This document shows positions 9,974-19,538 of a stretch of DNA of 64,000 nt, in pieces (position 1 is the first letter of the stretch; every line of letters starts with the position of its first letter). Source of the stretch: Angustibacter luteus (GTDB lineage: Bacteria; Actinomycetota; Actinomycetes; Actinomycetales; Angustibacteraceae); assembly GCF_039541115.1 (NCBI RefSeq), contig NZ_BAABFP010000002.1:186001-250000 (forward strand). Direction: 5' to 3'. The position numbers and the translations under genes are program-made. Under the pieces are notes generated by a model. It was not told where the DNA came from. It did not search any database and was given only the letters and a program-made list of their open reading frames with translations.

Positions 9974-10000
9974 GACACCGCCCGGGTCGCCGATGTGACA
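9974..10000 (-). promoter_or_regulatory. ECF41-type promoter
   Basis: Minus strand TGTCACA-N16-TGTC, against the known ECF41 consensus TGTCACA-N16-CGTC. Confidence 0.75.
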
Positions 10001-10054
10001 TCAGCGCTGGAGCGCACCGGTCCGGGTGCCGTCCCAGCCACCGGGTGACTGGGG

Positions 10055-10699
10055 TCAGTCACGCCAGAACAGGTGGTGGACGACGCCGCTGGAGCTGGGT
10101 ACGACGTCGCAGTGGTAGCGGTCGAGGAGCTCGTCGGGAGACACCCACAGCCGGGAGCCGGCGCCGAGCTCCAGCGGGGCGACCGCCACGTGGAGGGTGT
10201 CGATGAGCCCTGCGTCCAAGAACTGTCGCACCGTGTTGGCGCCGCCGCCGAGCCGGACGTCCTTCCCGTCGGCGGCGTCGAGGGCGAGCCGCAGCACGGA
10301 CGCGGGGTCGCCGCTCACGAAGTGGAAGGTCGTGTCGGACAACGTCAGGGACGGCCGCACGTGGTGGGTCATGACGAACACCGGGGTGTGGAACGGCGGT
10401 TCGTCGCCCCACCAGCCCTGCCACCCGTCGTCCACCCACGGGCCGCGCTGGGGGCCGAACTTGTTGCGTCCCATGATCTCGGCGCCGATGTTGCGGTGGA
10501 AGTCCCGGACCAGGTAGTCGTCCAGCCCGCGGCTGCCGCCGGCGTCGGTCCGGTTGGGCCAGCTCGCGGTGGCCCCGGCCCAGCTGGAGAGGGCAGCCGG
10601 GTCGGCATGGCCGAACGGACGTTCGAGGCTCTGGCCCTCACCGGCGGCGAACCCGTCGCTGGACACCATGAAGTTGTGTACCCGCACCATCTGCGTCAC
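10055..10699 (-). CDS. Dihydrofolate reductase / RibD C-terminal domain protein
   Basis: VSSDGFAAG, EIMGRNKFGP, PPFHTPVFVMTH, GGANTVRQFLDAGLID. Confidence 0.88.
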   Translation of the reverse strand: MTQMVRVHNFMVSSDGFAAGEGQSLERPFGHADPAALSSWAGATASWPNRTDAGGSRGLDDYLVRDFHRNIGAEIMGRNKFGPQRGPWVDDGWQGWWGDEPPFHTPVFVMTHHVRPSLTLSDTTFHFVSGDPASVLRLALDAADGKDVRLGGGANTVRQFLDAGLIDTLHVAVAPLELGAGSRLWVSPDELLDRYHCDVVPSSSGVVHHLFWRD

Positions 10700-10768
10700 T
10701 GCTGCTCCTCGAGTCGTGGTCGTGGTCGTCGTGGTGGTCGTGTTCGTCGTGGTCGTCGGGGCGTGCGC

Positions 10769-11239
10769 TCACAGCCAGCGCCGCACCCGCCGGGCGTACT
10801 CGTCGTACGGTGTCCCGAACCGCTGGTGCAGGAACCGCTCCTCGGGGCGGATCGCACCCCAGCGGACCAGGAGGACGGCCACCGGGAACAGCACGATGCC
10901 CCACAGGGTGGGTGCCAGCAGGGCCAGACCCAGGTAGAGCGCGAGCAGACCGACGTACAACGGGTTGCGCGAGAGGCGGTACGGCCCCTCCTCGATCATG
11001 GCGTGCGTCGCCTGCCCTGGTAGCAGCCCCGTCTCGTGTCGACGGAACAACCAGAGCGCCCAGCCGTTCCACCCGGCGAACAGCAGCACGAGCGCCCAGC
11101 CGAGCGGGACCCGCCACCCACCGAGGTCAACCGGATCACCCCAGGCCAGGGTGGCCAGTCCGCCGGCGAGCAGGGGTGCCCCGATCGCGACCGGCGGCCA
11201 GAGCCGGAACGCGACGGCCTCTCCGGACTCGTGTCCCAT
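10769..11239 (-). CDS. Isoprenylcysteine carboxylmethyltransferase (PEMT/ICMT) family membrane protein
   Basis: GPYRLSRNPLY...EERFL...FG..Y..Y...VRRWL. Confidence 0.88.
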   Translation of the reverse strand: MGHESGEAVAFRLWPPVAIGAPLLAGGLATLAWGDPVDLGGWRVPLGWALVLLFAGWNGWALWLFRRHETGLLPGQATHAMIEEGPYRLSRNPLYVGLLALYLGLALLAPTLWGIVLFPVAVLLVRWGAIRPEERFLHQRFGTPYDEYARRVRRWL

Positions 11240-11281
11240 GCCCTCAGTGTTCCGGACGGCGGCGCTCGGCAGCGCGTTTCA

Positions 11282-12388
11282 TCACGCCCGAGTGTGGGGC
11301 GTCGGCACGCCCGGCTGTCTCGGCAGCTCGACGGTGACACGCATGCCCCCGGCGGAGCGCGGGGTCAGGGTGAGTGCTCCGTCGTGGGCGTGCACGATGG
11401 TCTTGACGATCGCCAGACCGAGACCGACGCCGGCGTGATCGGTGTGGATGCGTTCGGTGCCCCGCTGAAAGGGTTCGGTGAGGGTCGAAGCCAGGCCGGG
11501 CGGGAGCCTCTCGCCGGTGTTCTCCACGACGAGCACCACCGTGCGCGGGTGGACGCTCGTGCCCACCCACACGGCACCGCGCTCAGCCAGGTTGTGCACG
11601 ATCGCGTTGTGCACGAGGTTCGAGACCATCTGCAGCAGCAGCGCCGGTGAGCCCGCGGTGGGGGCCACGTCACCGGACGTCTCGATGGTGACGTCGTGCT
11701 TCTCGGCGAAGGGCAGCAGCGTCTCGGTGGCCTCTTCAGCCAGCAGGGAGAGGTCGGCGTGCTCTGGGGTGAAGGCTCGCTGGTCGGCTCGGCTGAGCAG
11801 GAGCAGGGCCTGGGTGAGGTCGATCGCTCGGGTGTTGACGGCGTGCAGGCGGTCAAGCAGCTCCGCGGTGTCGCGGTCGGGGTCCTTGCTCGCCACCTCG
11901 AGGAGGGTCTGCGTGATCGTCAACGGGGTGCGGAGCTCGTGGGACGCGTTCGCGGCGAAGCGCTGCTGCTCGGCGACCTGCACCTCGAGCCGCGCGAGCA
12001 TCGCGTCGAAGGCGTCGGCGAGCTCGTGGAACTCGTCGTTGCGGCCTTCGAGCCGGATCCGGTGCGACAGCGATCCGGTGGCGGCGATGCGGGTGGCATC
12101 GGTGATGCGGGTCAAGGGCGCCAGCATCCGCCCGGCGAGCAGCCATCCCCCGAGGAGACCGAACACGAGCAGGAACGCCAGCGCCTGGGCCGCCCTCGGC
12201 GCGAAGGCCTCCTGGAGGTCGGACCGGCTGGGGCTGAAGGGACCCGGCCCGAAGGCCGCCCGACTGGGCACGTACCGCAGGAGGAACACCCACACGGTGG
12301 CGAGCAGCAAGGTGCCCGCGATCATCAGGAACGCGGCATAGCTGAGCGTCAGCTTGAGGCGGACGCTCAGTCCGGGCGCCCTAGCCAT
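11282..12388 (-). CDS. vanS: VanS-like sensor histidine kinase
   Basis: GLSVRLKLTLSY N-terminus typical of actinomycete VanS; HAMP domain; FAANASHELRTPL H-box; HAGVGLGLAIV G-box. Confidence 0.85.
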   Translation of the reverse strand: MARAPGLSVRLKLTLSYAAFLMIAGTLLLATVWVFLLRYVPSRAAFGPGPFSPSRSDLQEAFAPRAAQALAFLLVFGLLGGWLLAGRMLAPLTRITDATRIAATGSLSHRIRLEGRNDEFHELADAFDAMLARLEVQVAEQQRFAANASHELRTPLTITQTLLEVASKDPDRDTAELLDRLHAVNTRAIDLTQALLLLSRADQRAFTPEHADLSLLAEEATETLLPFAEKHDVTIETSGDVAPTAGSPALLLQMVSNLVHNAIVHNLAERGAVWVGTSVHPRTVVLVVENTGERLPPGLASTLTEPFQRGTERIHTDHAGVGLGLAIVKTIVHAHDGALTLTPRSAGGMRVTVELPRQPGVPTPHTRA

Positions 12389-13076
12389 CCCCGGTCCCCG
12401 CGGCCTCGGCGCCTGGTTGCGGGTCGATGCGGTAGCCGACGCCGGGCACGGTGCTGATGATCGCGGGCTCGCCGAGCCGCTTGCGCAGTGCCGAGACGGT
12501 GATGCGCACAGCGTTCGTAAAGGGGTCGGCGTTCTCGTCCCAGGCGCGTTCCAGAAGGGCCTCGGCACTGACCACACCGCCCTCCGCGGCGACGAGGACC
12601 TCGAGTACGGCGAACTGCTTGCGGGTGAGGGCGACGTAGCGGCCGTCGCGGAAGACCTCGCGGCGGAACGGGTCCACCCGCAGACCGGCGATCTCCCGCA
12701 CCGGCGGCCGGTTGTGCGCGCGCCTGCGGTCCAGCGCCCTGAGCCGGAGCACGAGCTCCTGGAGCGCGAACGGTTTGGTGAGGTAGTCGTCGGCGCCGAG
12801 CTCGAACCCCGAGGCCTTGTCGTCCAGTCGGTCGGCCGCGGTGAGCATGAGAATCGGCATGCCGCTGCCGGACGCGATGATGCGCTTGGCGACCTCGTCG
12901 CCGGAGGGCCCGGGGACATCCCGGTCCAGGACGGCGATGTCGTACGCGTTGACCCCCAACAGCTCGAGCGCGGTGGCTCCGTCACCGGCGATGTCTGCGG
13001 CGATCGCCTCCAGCCGCAACCCATCGCGGACAGCCCCCGCCAGCAGCGGCTCGTCCTCGAGGATCAGTACACGCAT
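12381..13076 (-). CDS. vanR: VanR-like OmpR-family response regulator
   Basis: MRVLILEDEP...LDRDVPGPSGDE...AWDENADPFTNAVRIT; leaderless-type start (TAGGAT-N6-ATG). Confidence 0.88.
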   Translation of the reverse strand: MRVLILEDEPLLAGAVRDGLRLEAIAADIAGDGATALELLGVNAYDIAVLDRDVPGPSGDEVAKRIIASGSGMPILMLTAADRLDDKASGFELGADDYLTKPFALQELVLRLRALDRRRAHNRPPVREIAGLRVDPFRREVFRDGRYVALTRKQFAVLEVLVAAEGGVVSAEALLERAWDENADPFTNAVRITVSALRKRLGEPAIISTVPGVGYRIDPQPGAEAAGTGDG

Positions 13077-13099
13077 GTCCCGATCCTAGGGAGCCAGTC

Positions 13100-13130
13100 C
13101 ATATCGTCGGCGTATCGAAAACGCCATACG
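13100..13130. promoter_or_regulatory. Candidate VanR-binding direct repeats in the divergent vanR/vanY intergenic region
   Basis: CATATC-N5-CGTATC (11-bp period), then CATAC. Confidence 0.5.
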
Positions 13131-13163
13131 TGCTGGCAACACCACGCCGCCTTGACTGGCCGC

Positions 13164-13865
13164 ATGACTCGAACCCCACTATCAGCGCGGACGTCGACTC
13201 GCCGTTTGCGCTGGCTGCTGGTCGCGTCCCTGGTCGCCGTCACCGCAGGGATCACGGCGACCCTCGGCCACCTGACCCAAGGCTCCACGGCCTCCGCCGC
13301 CACGACCGGCCCGGCACCCGCCGTCCACTCGGCCCCCGCCGCGTCCTTGACGCGCTCGGCGGCAGCGGCCGCGCCCTCACGTCCTCCTGGCAGCGACCGC
13401 CGAAGTGCGGTCGGGGTGGCCGACGGCGTCGTCCGCCACGGCGTGACCGTGTTCGATGACGCGGTCCCCGCTGTGGCCAACCTCGACCCGGACCTGCTCA
13501 AGGCCCTGCGCCGGGCCGCCAGGGAAGCCGCGGACGACGGCGTCGAGCTCTCCGTCAACAGCGGCTGGCGTTCCGCGGCGTACCAGGAGCAGCTGCTCGA
13601 CGAGGCGGTCTCGAAGTACGGCTCTCGCAAGGAGGCCGCCCGCTGGGTGGCCACCGCCAACACGTCCGCGCACGTCTCCGGGGAAGCGGTCGACATCGGG
13701 CCCAGCAGTGCCGCGACGTGGCTGGCCAGACACGGCGCCGGGTACGGGCTGTGCCCGATCTACCGCAACGAGCCCTGGCACTACGAGCTGCGCCCCGCCG
13801 CGATCAACGGTGGCTGCCCGCGTCGGTACGCCGACCCCACCCAGGACCCGAGGATGCAGCAGTGA
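13164..13865 (+). CDS. vanY: VanY-like D-Ala-D-Ala carboxypeptidase (M15B)
   Basis: N-terminal TM; NSGWRS, SAHVSGEAVD (SxHxxGxAxD) and EPWH zinc motifs. Confidence 0.85.
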   Translation: MTRTPLSARTSTRRLRWLLVASLVAVTAGITATLGHLTQGSTASAATTGPAPAVHSAPAASLTRSAAAAAPSRPPGSDRRSAVGVADGVVRHGVTVFDDAVPAVANLDPDLLKALRRAAREAADDGVELSVNSGWRSAAYQEQLLDEAVSKYGSRKEAARWVATANTSAHVSGEAVDIGPSSAATWLARHGAGYGLCPIYRNEPWHYELRPAAINGGCPRRYADPTQDPRMQQ

Positions 13866-14857
13866 CCCAGGTGGACGCACCCCGGACGCCAGCCAAGGCG
13901 CGGACCAGCGGGGCCGGCGGGGCCGGCCCGGGGCCCGGCGCCTGGAGGCGAGGCCGGCCGCTGGCGGCCCTGTCGCTGCTGCTCGCGCTGTTCATGGCGC
14001 TGCACGCTCAGGTCCCCAACCGGATAGGGAACGTCGGGAGCCTGTTGGAGACGTTCCTCCCGTGGTTCGGGCTGGTCATCCCGCTCCTGCTGGTGGCCGC
14101 AGCCTGGCGCCGCTCCGCCTCCGCGGCGATCGCGCTGCTCCTGCCGATCGCGGTGTGGCTCAACCTCTTCGGCGGCCTGATGATCGACAAGTCACATCCA
14201 GGCAGCGATCTCACGGTGGTCAGCCACAACGTCGGAGCCGACAACCCCGACCCGGTCGGCACCGCGCGTGACCTGGCCGCCGCCGGCGCCGACGTCCTCG
14301 CGCTCGAGGAGCTGACCCCGCAGGCCACCGGCGCGTACGAGCAGGAGCTGGCGAAGACCTACCGGTACCACACGGTGCAGGGCACCGTCGGGCTGTGGAG
14401 CAGGCTGCCACTGTCGGACACCCGGCCGGTCACCATCGGGATGGATTCAAGCCGCGCGCTGCGCACCACGGTGACGACGCGTCACGGGCTGCTGGCGGTG
14501 TACGTGGCCCACCTGGGCTCCGTCAGGGTGTTCCCCCGCAACGGGTTCTGGACCGCCCAGCGGGACGCGGGCGTCCGCACGCTCGGCGCGGCCCTCGCCG
14601 CCGAGCGGAACGAGCGGGTGGTGCTCCTCGGCGACCTGAACGGCACCCTGGACGATCGCGCCTTCGCTGACCTCACCTCGCGCCTGCGCTCGGCCCAGGA
14701 CGCGGCCGGCGACGGCTTCGGCTTCAGCTGGCCCGCGACGTCCCCCGTGGCCCGGATCGACCACATCCTGGTCCGCGGCGTCGAGCCGGACAGGTCGTGG
14801 GTGCTGCCCGCCACCGGAAGCGACCACCGGCCGGTCGCGGCCGGCATCAGCTGGTGA
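13862..14857 (+). CDS. vanJ: VanJ-like membrane endonuclease/exonuclease/phosphatase-family protein
   Basis: PNRIGNVGSLLETFLPW, VSHNV, VYVAHL, GDLNG, RIDHILVRG, TGSDHRPV; GTGA overlap with vanY. Confidence 0.8.
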   Translation: MTQVDAPRTPAKARTSGAGGAGPGPGAWRRGRPLAALSLLLALFMALHAQVPNRIGNVGSLLETFLPWFGLVIPLLLVAAAWRRSASAAIALLLPIAVWLNLFGGLMIDKSHPGSDLTVVSHNVGADNPDPVGTARDLAAAGADVLALEELTPQATGAYEQELAKTYRYHTVQGTVGLWSRLPLSDTRPVTIGMDSSRALRTTVTTRHGLLAVYVAHLGSVRVFPRNGFWTAQRDAGVRTLGAALAAERNERVVLLGDLNGTLDDRAFADLTSRLRSAQDAAGDGFGFSWPATSPVARIDHILVRGVEPDRSWVLPATGSDHRPVAAGISW

Positions 14858-14891
14858 GCGGCGCCACCGAGATGCCGGCGACCGGACCCCG

Positions 14892-15890
<999 letters not shown>

Positions 15891-15905
15891 TTACGCTCAG
15901 GGGCA

Positions 15906-16190
15906 TCAGCCTCCGGCCACGGACGGCAGCACGTGCAGCACGGAGCCGTTGCGCAGCACCGTGCGCGGTCCCTGCAACGCGCGGACGTCGTCACCGTCGA
16001 CGAACAGGTTCACGTGCCGGCGCAGGGCACCGGTCTCGTCCCGCAGGCGGCGTCCGAGCGCCGGCCACTCCTGGGCCATCACGGCGACGGCACCGGTGAC
16101 GTCGCAGTCGTCCGGCAGCGTCAGCCGCAGCTCGTCCGCTCCCCCGGCGTGCTCGCGCAGCACCCCGGGCAGCAGCACGTCGACCTGCAT
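15906..16190 (-). CDS. MoaD/ThiS ubiquitin-like protein
   Basis: MQVDVLLPGVLRE...RRHVNLFVDG...LPSVAGG with C-terminal GG. Confidence 0.88.
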   Translation of the reverse strand: MQVDVLLPGVLREHAGGADELRLTLPDDCDVTGAVAVMAQEWPALGRRLRDETGALRRHVNLFVDGDDVRALQGPRTVLRNGSVLHVLPSVAGG

Positions 16191-16210
16191 GGTCAGCCCG
16201 TCACTGCCAC

Positions 16211-17314
16211 TCACGCCTCGACCACGACAGCGGCCCGCACGCACAGCACGTCCGGCAGGTTCTCGGCGACCGTGGTGAAGGTGCGACCCTCGTCGGCGCT
16301 GGCGTAGACGCTGCCGGCCCGGGTGCCCACGTAGACGCCCACGGGGTCCAGCTCGTCCACGCAGGCCGCGTCGCGCAGCGGCGTCACCCAGCAGTCGTCG
16401 GGTAGCCCGGCCTCGCTCGGGGTCCAGCTGCGCCCGCCGTCCCGGGTGCGCTGCACCCGCAGCTGCCCCTGCGGCGGTACGCGTTCGCCGTCCGCGACGA
16501 GCGGCACGACCCAGGCCGAGTCGGCGTCCCTGGGATGTCCTAGGGCGACGAAGCCGAAGTCGGCCGGCAGCCCCTCGGCGATGGACGTCCAGCTGCCACC
16601 GCCGTCGTCCGAGCGGTACACGCCGTGGTGGTTCTGCGCGTACATGCGCAGCCCGTCGGTCCCGGCCGGGGCGACCTTGTGCACGCACTGGCCGAACTCC
16701 GGGTACGGGTCCGGCATGTGCGAGACCTTGATCCCGACGTTGTGCGGGTGCCAGGTGTCGCCGCCGTCCGTCGTCGAGTAGACGCCGCCGGTGCTCATCG
16801 CGACGACGACGTTGCTGTCGTCGGTGGGGTGCGGGACGACGGTGTGCACGGCTGCGCCGCCGAATCCCGGCCACCACTGGGGCCGGTGCGGGTGGTCCCA
16901 CAGCCCGGTCACCAGCGAGAAGCTGCGCCCGCCGTCCGCGCTGCGCCACAACGAGGTCGGCTCGCAGCCTGCCCACACCACGCCCGGGCGGGCCGCGGTG
17001 TCCGGGTGGATCTGCCAGACCCGTTCGAGGGAGGCGTCGCCGCCCTCGGGGAACACGATCGCGCCGCCCTCGTGCTCCGTCCAGGTCTGCCCGAAGTCCT
17101 CGCTCTGCTGCACGGTCGGACCCCAGTGCTCCGAGCGGGCGCCGACGAGCAGCCGCGTCGTCCCCTCCCGGGTGTCGATCGCCACCGAGGGCACCTCGGT
17201 GGCCAGCAGCAGCGGGCCGTCCACCTTCCAGCTCTCGCGGTCGTCGCTGCGGGCGAGCCACAGCCCCTTGCGCGTTCCGATCGCCACCACCACCGAGGTC
17301 TCCATGCCACTCAT
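16211..17314 (-). CDS. BNR/Asp-box beta-propeller protein (sialidase-like fold)
   Basis: IGTRKGLW N-terminus; repeated SxDxGxTW Asp boxes; no signal peptide. Confidence 0.85.
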   Translation of the reverse strand: MSGMETSVVVAIGTRKGLWLARSDDRESWKVDGPLLLATEVPSVAIDTREGTTRLLVGARSEHWGPTVQQSEDFGQTWTEHEGGAIVFPEGGDASLERVWQIHPDTAARPGVVWAGCEPTSLWRSADGGRSFSLVTGLWDHPHRPQWWPGFGGAAVHTVVPHPTDDSNVVVAMSTGGVYSTTDGGDTWHPHNVGIKVSHMPDPYPEFGQCVHKVAPAGTDGLRMYAQNHHGVYRSDDGGGSWTSIAEGLPADFGFVALGHPRDADSAWVVPLVADGERVPPQGQLRVQRTRDGGRSWTPSEAGLPDDCWVTPLRDAACVDELDPVGVYVGTRAGSVYASADEGRTFTTVAENLPDVLCVRAAVVVEA

Positions 17315-18297
17315 GACCGCGATCCTCCTCCGAACTCATCGCCGTACCGCCCCGCAACCACGATGCCGCGCAGCGGCTCCCCCGTCGAGAGCCGGCCGAG
17401 CTGGTCCGCGAGCATGCGGCACGCGCGCGGCGGGAAGGCACTGGTGGCGCCGCCCACGTGCGGGCTGATCAGGACGCCGGGCGCCGACCACAGCGGGTGA
17501 CCGTCCGGCAGGGGCTCGGGGTCCGTCACGTCCAGCCCCGCGGTGAGCCGCCCGGTACGCAGCTCGGCGAGCAGCGCGTCCGTGTCGACGACCGCCCCGC
17601 GCGCCACGTTCACCAGCACCGCGTCGTCCGGCAGGGCCGCGAGGAACTGCGCGTCGACCAGGCCCCGGGTGGCGTCGTCCAGCGGCACCGTGAGCACGAC
17701 GACGTCGTGCTCCGGCAGCAGCCGGGCCAGCTCGTCGACGCCGTGCACGTGCTCGACGCCGAGCGCGGACTCCTCGGGGCGGGGGGTGCGAGCCCGCGAC
17801 GCCACCGCAGTGACCTGCGCCTCGAACGCCAGCAGGCGGCTCGCCACCGCCCGCCCGACACCGCCGAAGCCGACCACCAGCACCCGCCGGTCGGCCAGCG
17901 AACGCCGTCGCTGCGGACGCCACCGGCCGGCGTCGGCGGCCCGCACGAAGTCGGGCAGGCCGCGCAGCACGGCGGCCGCGAGGGTGACGGCGAGCTCGGC
18001 GGTGGACGTGTCGTGCACGCCGACGGCGTTCGCCAGCGCCACGCCGTCCGGCAGCATCGGCTGCACGGACTCGTACCCCGCCGTGAGGGTCTGCACCAGC
18101 TTGAGGTGGGGCAGACCGGCGAACAGGTCGCCCCAGTCGCCGGTGTCCATGTAGGGCGGGACGACGACGGAGATCTCGTCCGGCCGCTCGGGCGGACCGG
18201 TCAGATCCCACAGGCGCACGCGCACGCCGTCCGGCGGCGCACCCAACCCGTCCACGAACATCTGCTCCGGCAGTGTCACGACCCACGGCTCATCCAC
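17311..18297 (-). CDS. D-2-hydroxyacid dehydrogenase
   Basis: VGFGGVG, VNVARGAVVD, LDVTDPEPL, ISPHVGG. Confidence 0.92.
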   Translation of the reverse strand: MDEPWVVTLPEQMFVDGLGAPPDGVRVRLWDLTGPPERPDEISVVVPPYMDTGDWGDLFAGLPHLKLVQTLTAGYESVQPMLPDGVALANAVGVHDTSTAELAVTLAAAVLRGLPDFVRAADAGRWRPQRRRSLADRRVLVVGFGGVGRAVASRLLAFEAQVTAVASRARTPRPEESALGVEHVHGVDELARLLPEHDVVVLTVPLDDATRGLVDAQFLAALPDDAVLVNVARGAVVDTDALLAELRTGRLTAGLDVTDPEPLPDGHPLWSAPGVLISPHVGGATSAFPPRACRMLADQLGRLSTGEPLRGIVVAGRYGDEFGGGSRS

Positions 18298-18347
18298 CTG
18301 CCTCACGCTAGACGAGCGCGACGACGGCGCACGCGCAAGACTGGTCC

Positions 18348-19529
18348 ATGCGCTCCGCAGCCCCTGTCGCCCTCGGTGCCGCGCTGCTGCTTGCCGCCTG
18401 TTCCTCCGCCGACGGCGGCGCGACCGCGACCCCCTCGGCCGGCTCACCCAGCGCGACGACCGCCAGCGGCTCCACGTCCAGCACCTCCACCTCGACGTCC
18501 TCGACGTCCTCGACGTCCACACCGTCCGCCGGACCCGCGACGGAGGTGGCAGCGGCGAAGGTCGTGGCCACCGACCTGGACGTGCCCTGGGCGATCGCCC
18601 GGCTGGACGACGGCTCGCACCTCGTGAGCCTGCGCGAGCAGGCGAAGGTCGTCCTGGTCACCGGTGACGGCCACGTCACCGACGTGCCGGCAACCGGACC
18701 CGGCGGGCGGGTGCCGGGCGTGCGACCCGACGGCGAGGGCGGTCTGCTGGGGATCACCTTCCGCCCCGGCGACCAGGGCACGCTGTACGCCTACCTGACG
18801 GCGCCGGACGACAACCGGGTCGTCTCGATGCCCTACTCCGGCGGGCGGTTGGGTCGGCCGACGGTGCTGGTGTCCGGCATCCCGAAGGCGTCGAACCACA
18901 ACGGCGGCCGGCTGGCGTTCGGGCCGGACGGGATGCTCTACGTCACCACCGGGGACGGCGGCCAGACCTCCCGGGCGCAGGACAAGAGCAGTCTCGGCGG
19001 CAAGATCCTGCGCGTCACGCCGACCGGTGCGGCGGCGCCGGGCAACCCGTTCGGCACTCGAGTCTGGTCGTACGGCCACCGCAACGTGCAAGGCATCGGC
19101 TGGGACGACGAGGGCCGGATGTACGCCAGCGAGTTCGGTCAGGACACCTGGGACGAGCTCAACCGCATCCTGCCGGGGCGCGACTACGGGTGGCCGGACG
19201 TCGAGGGCATGGGGACCGCGGCGGACGTCGCCCGCGGTTTCACCCGCCCCCTCGCCGTCTGGCGCACCGACGACGCGTCGCCCAGCGGGATCGCGGTGGG
19301 TCGCGGCGCCGTGTGGCTGGCCGCCCTGCGCGGGCAGCGACTGTGGCGGGTGCCGCTGGCCGCCGACGGGAGCGTCGGGCGCCCCGTGGCCCTGCTCGCC
19401 GGTCGCTACGGGCGGTTGCGTGCGGCGTCGTTCGACCCCGACGGTTCACTGCTTGTGCTGACCAGCAACCGCTCGCGCGGCGACCCCACCGCGGACGACG
19501 ACCGCCTCGTCCGGCTCACGCTGCGCTGA
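18348..19529 (+). CDS. PQQ-dependent glucose/sorbosone dehydrogenase-family lipoprotein
   Basis: Lipobox LAAC; Ser/Thr linker; GEGGLLG, HNGGRLAFGPDG, SYGHRNVQG. Confidence 0.9.
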   Translation: MRSAAPVALGAALLLAACSSADGGATATPSAGSPSATTASGSTSSTSTSTSSTSSTSTPSAGPATEVAAAKVVATDLDVPWAIARLDDGSHLVSLREQAKVVLVTGDGHVTDVPATGPGGRVPGVRPDGEGGLLGITFRPGDQGTLYAYLTAPDDNRVVSMPYSGGRLGRPTVLVSGIPKASNHNGGRLAFGPDGMLYVTTGDGGQTSRAQDKSSLGGKILRVTPTGAAAPGNPFGTRVWSYGHRNVQGIGWDDEGRMYASEFGQDTWDELNRILPGRDYGWPDVEGMGTAADVARGFTRPLAVWRTDDASPSGIAVGRGAVWLAALRGQRLWRVPLAADGSVGRPVALLAGRYGRLRAASFDPDGSLLVLTSNRSRGDPTADDDRLVRLTLR

Positions 19530-19538
19530 TCCCGCTGC

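Noticed and set aside
10713..10758. GTC/GTG-rich repeat that could read as a His/Asp-rich or poly-Val peptide
   Set aside because: Low-complexity intergenic microsatellite with no independent start or RBS.
18460..18525. Ser/Thr-rich repeat in the PQQ dehydrogenase gene
   Set aside because: Typical lipoprotein linker.
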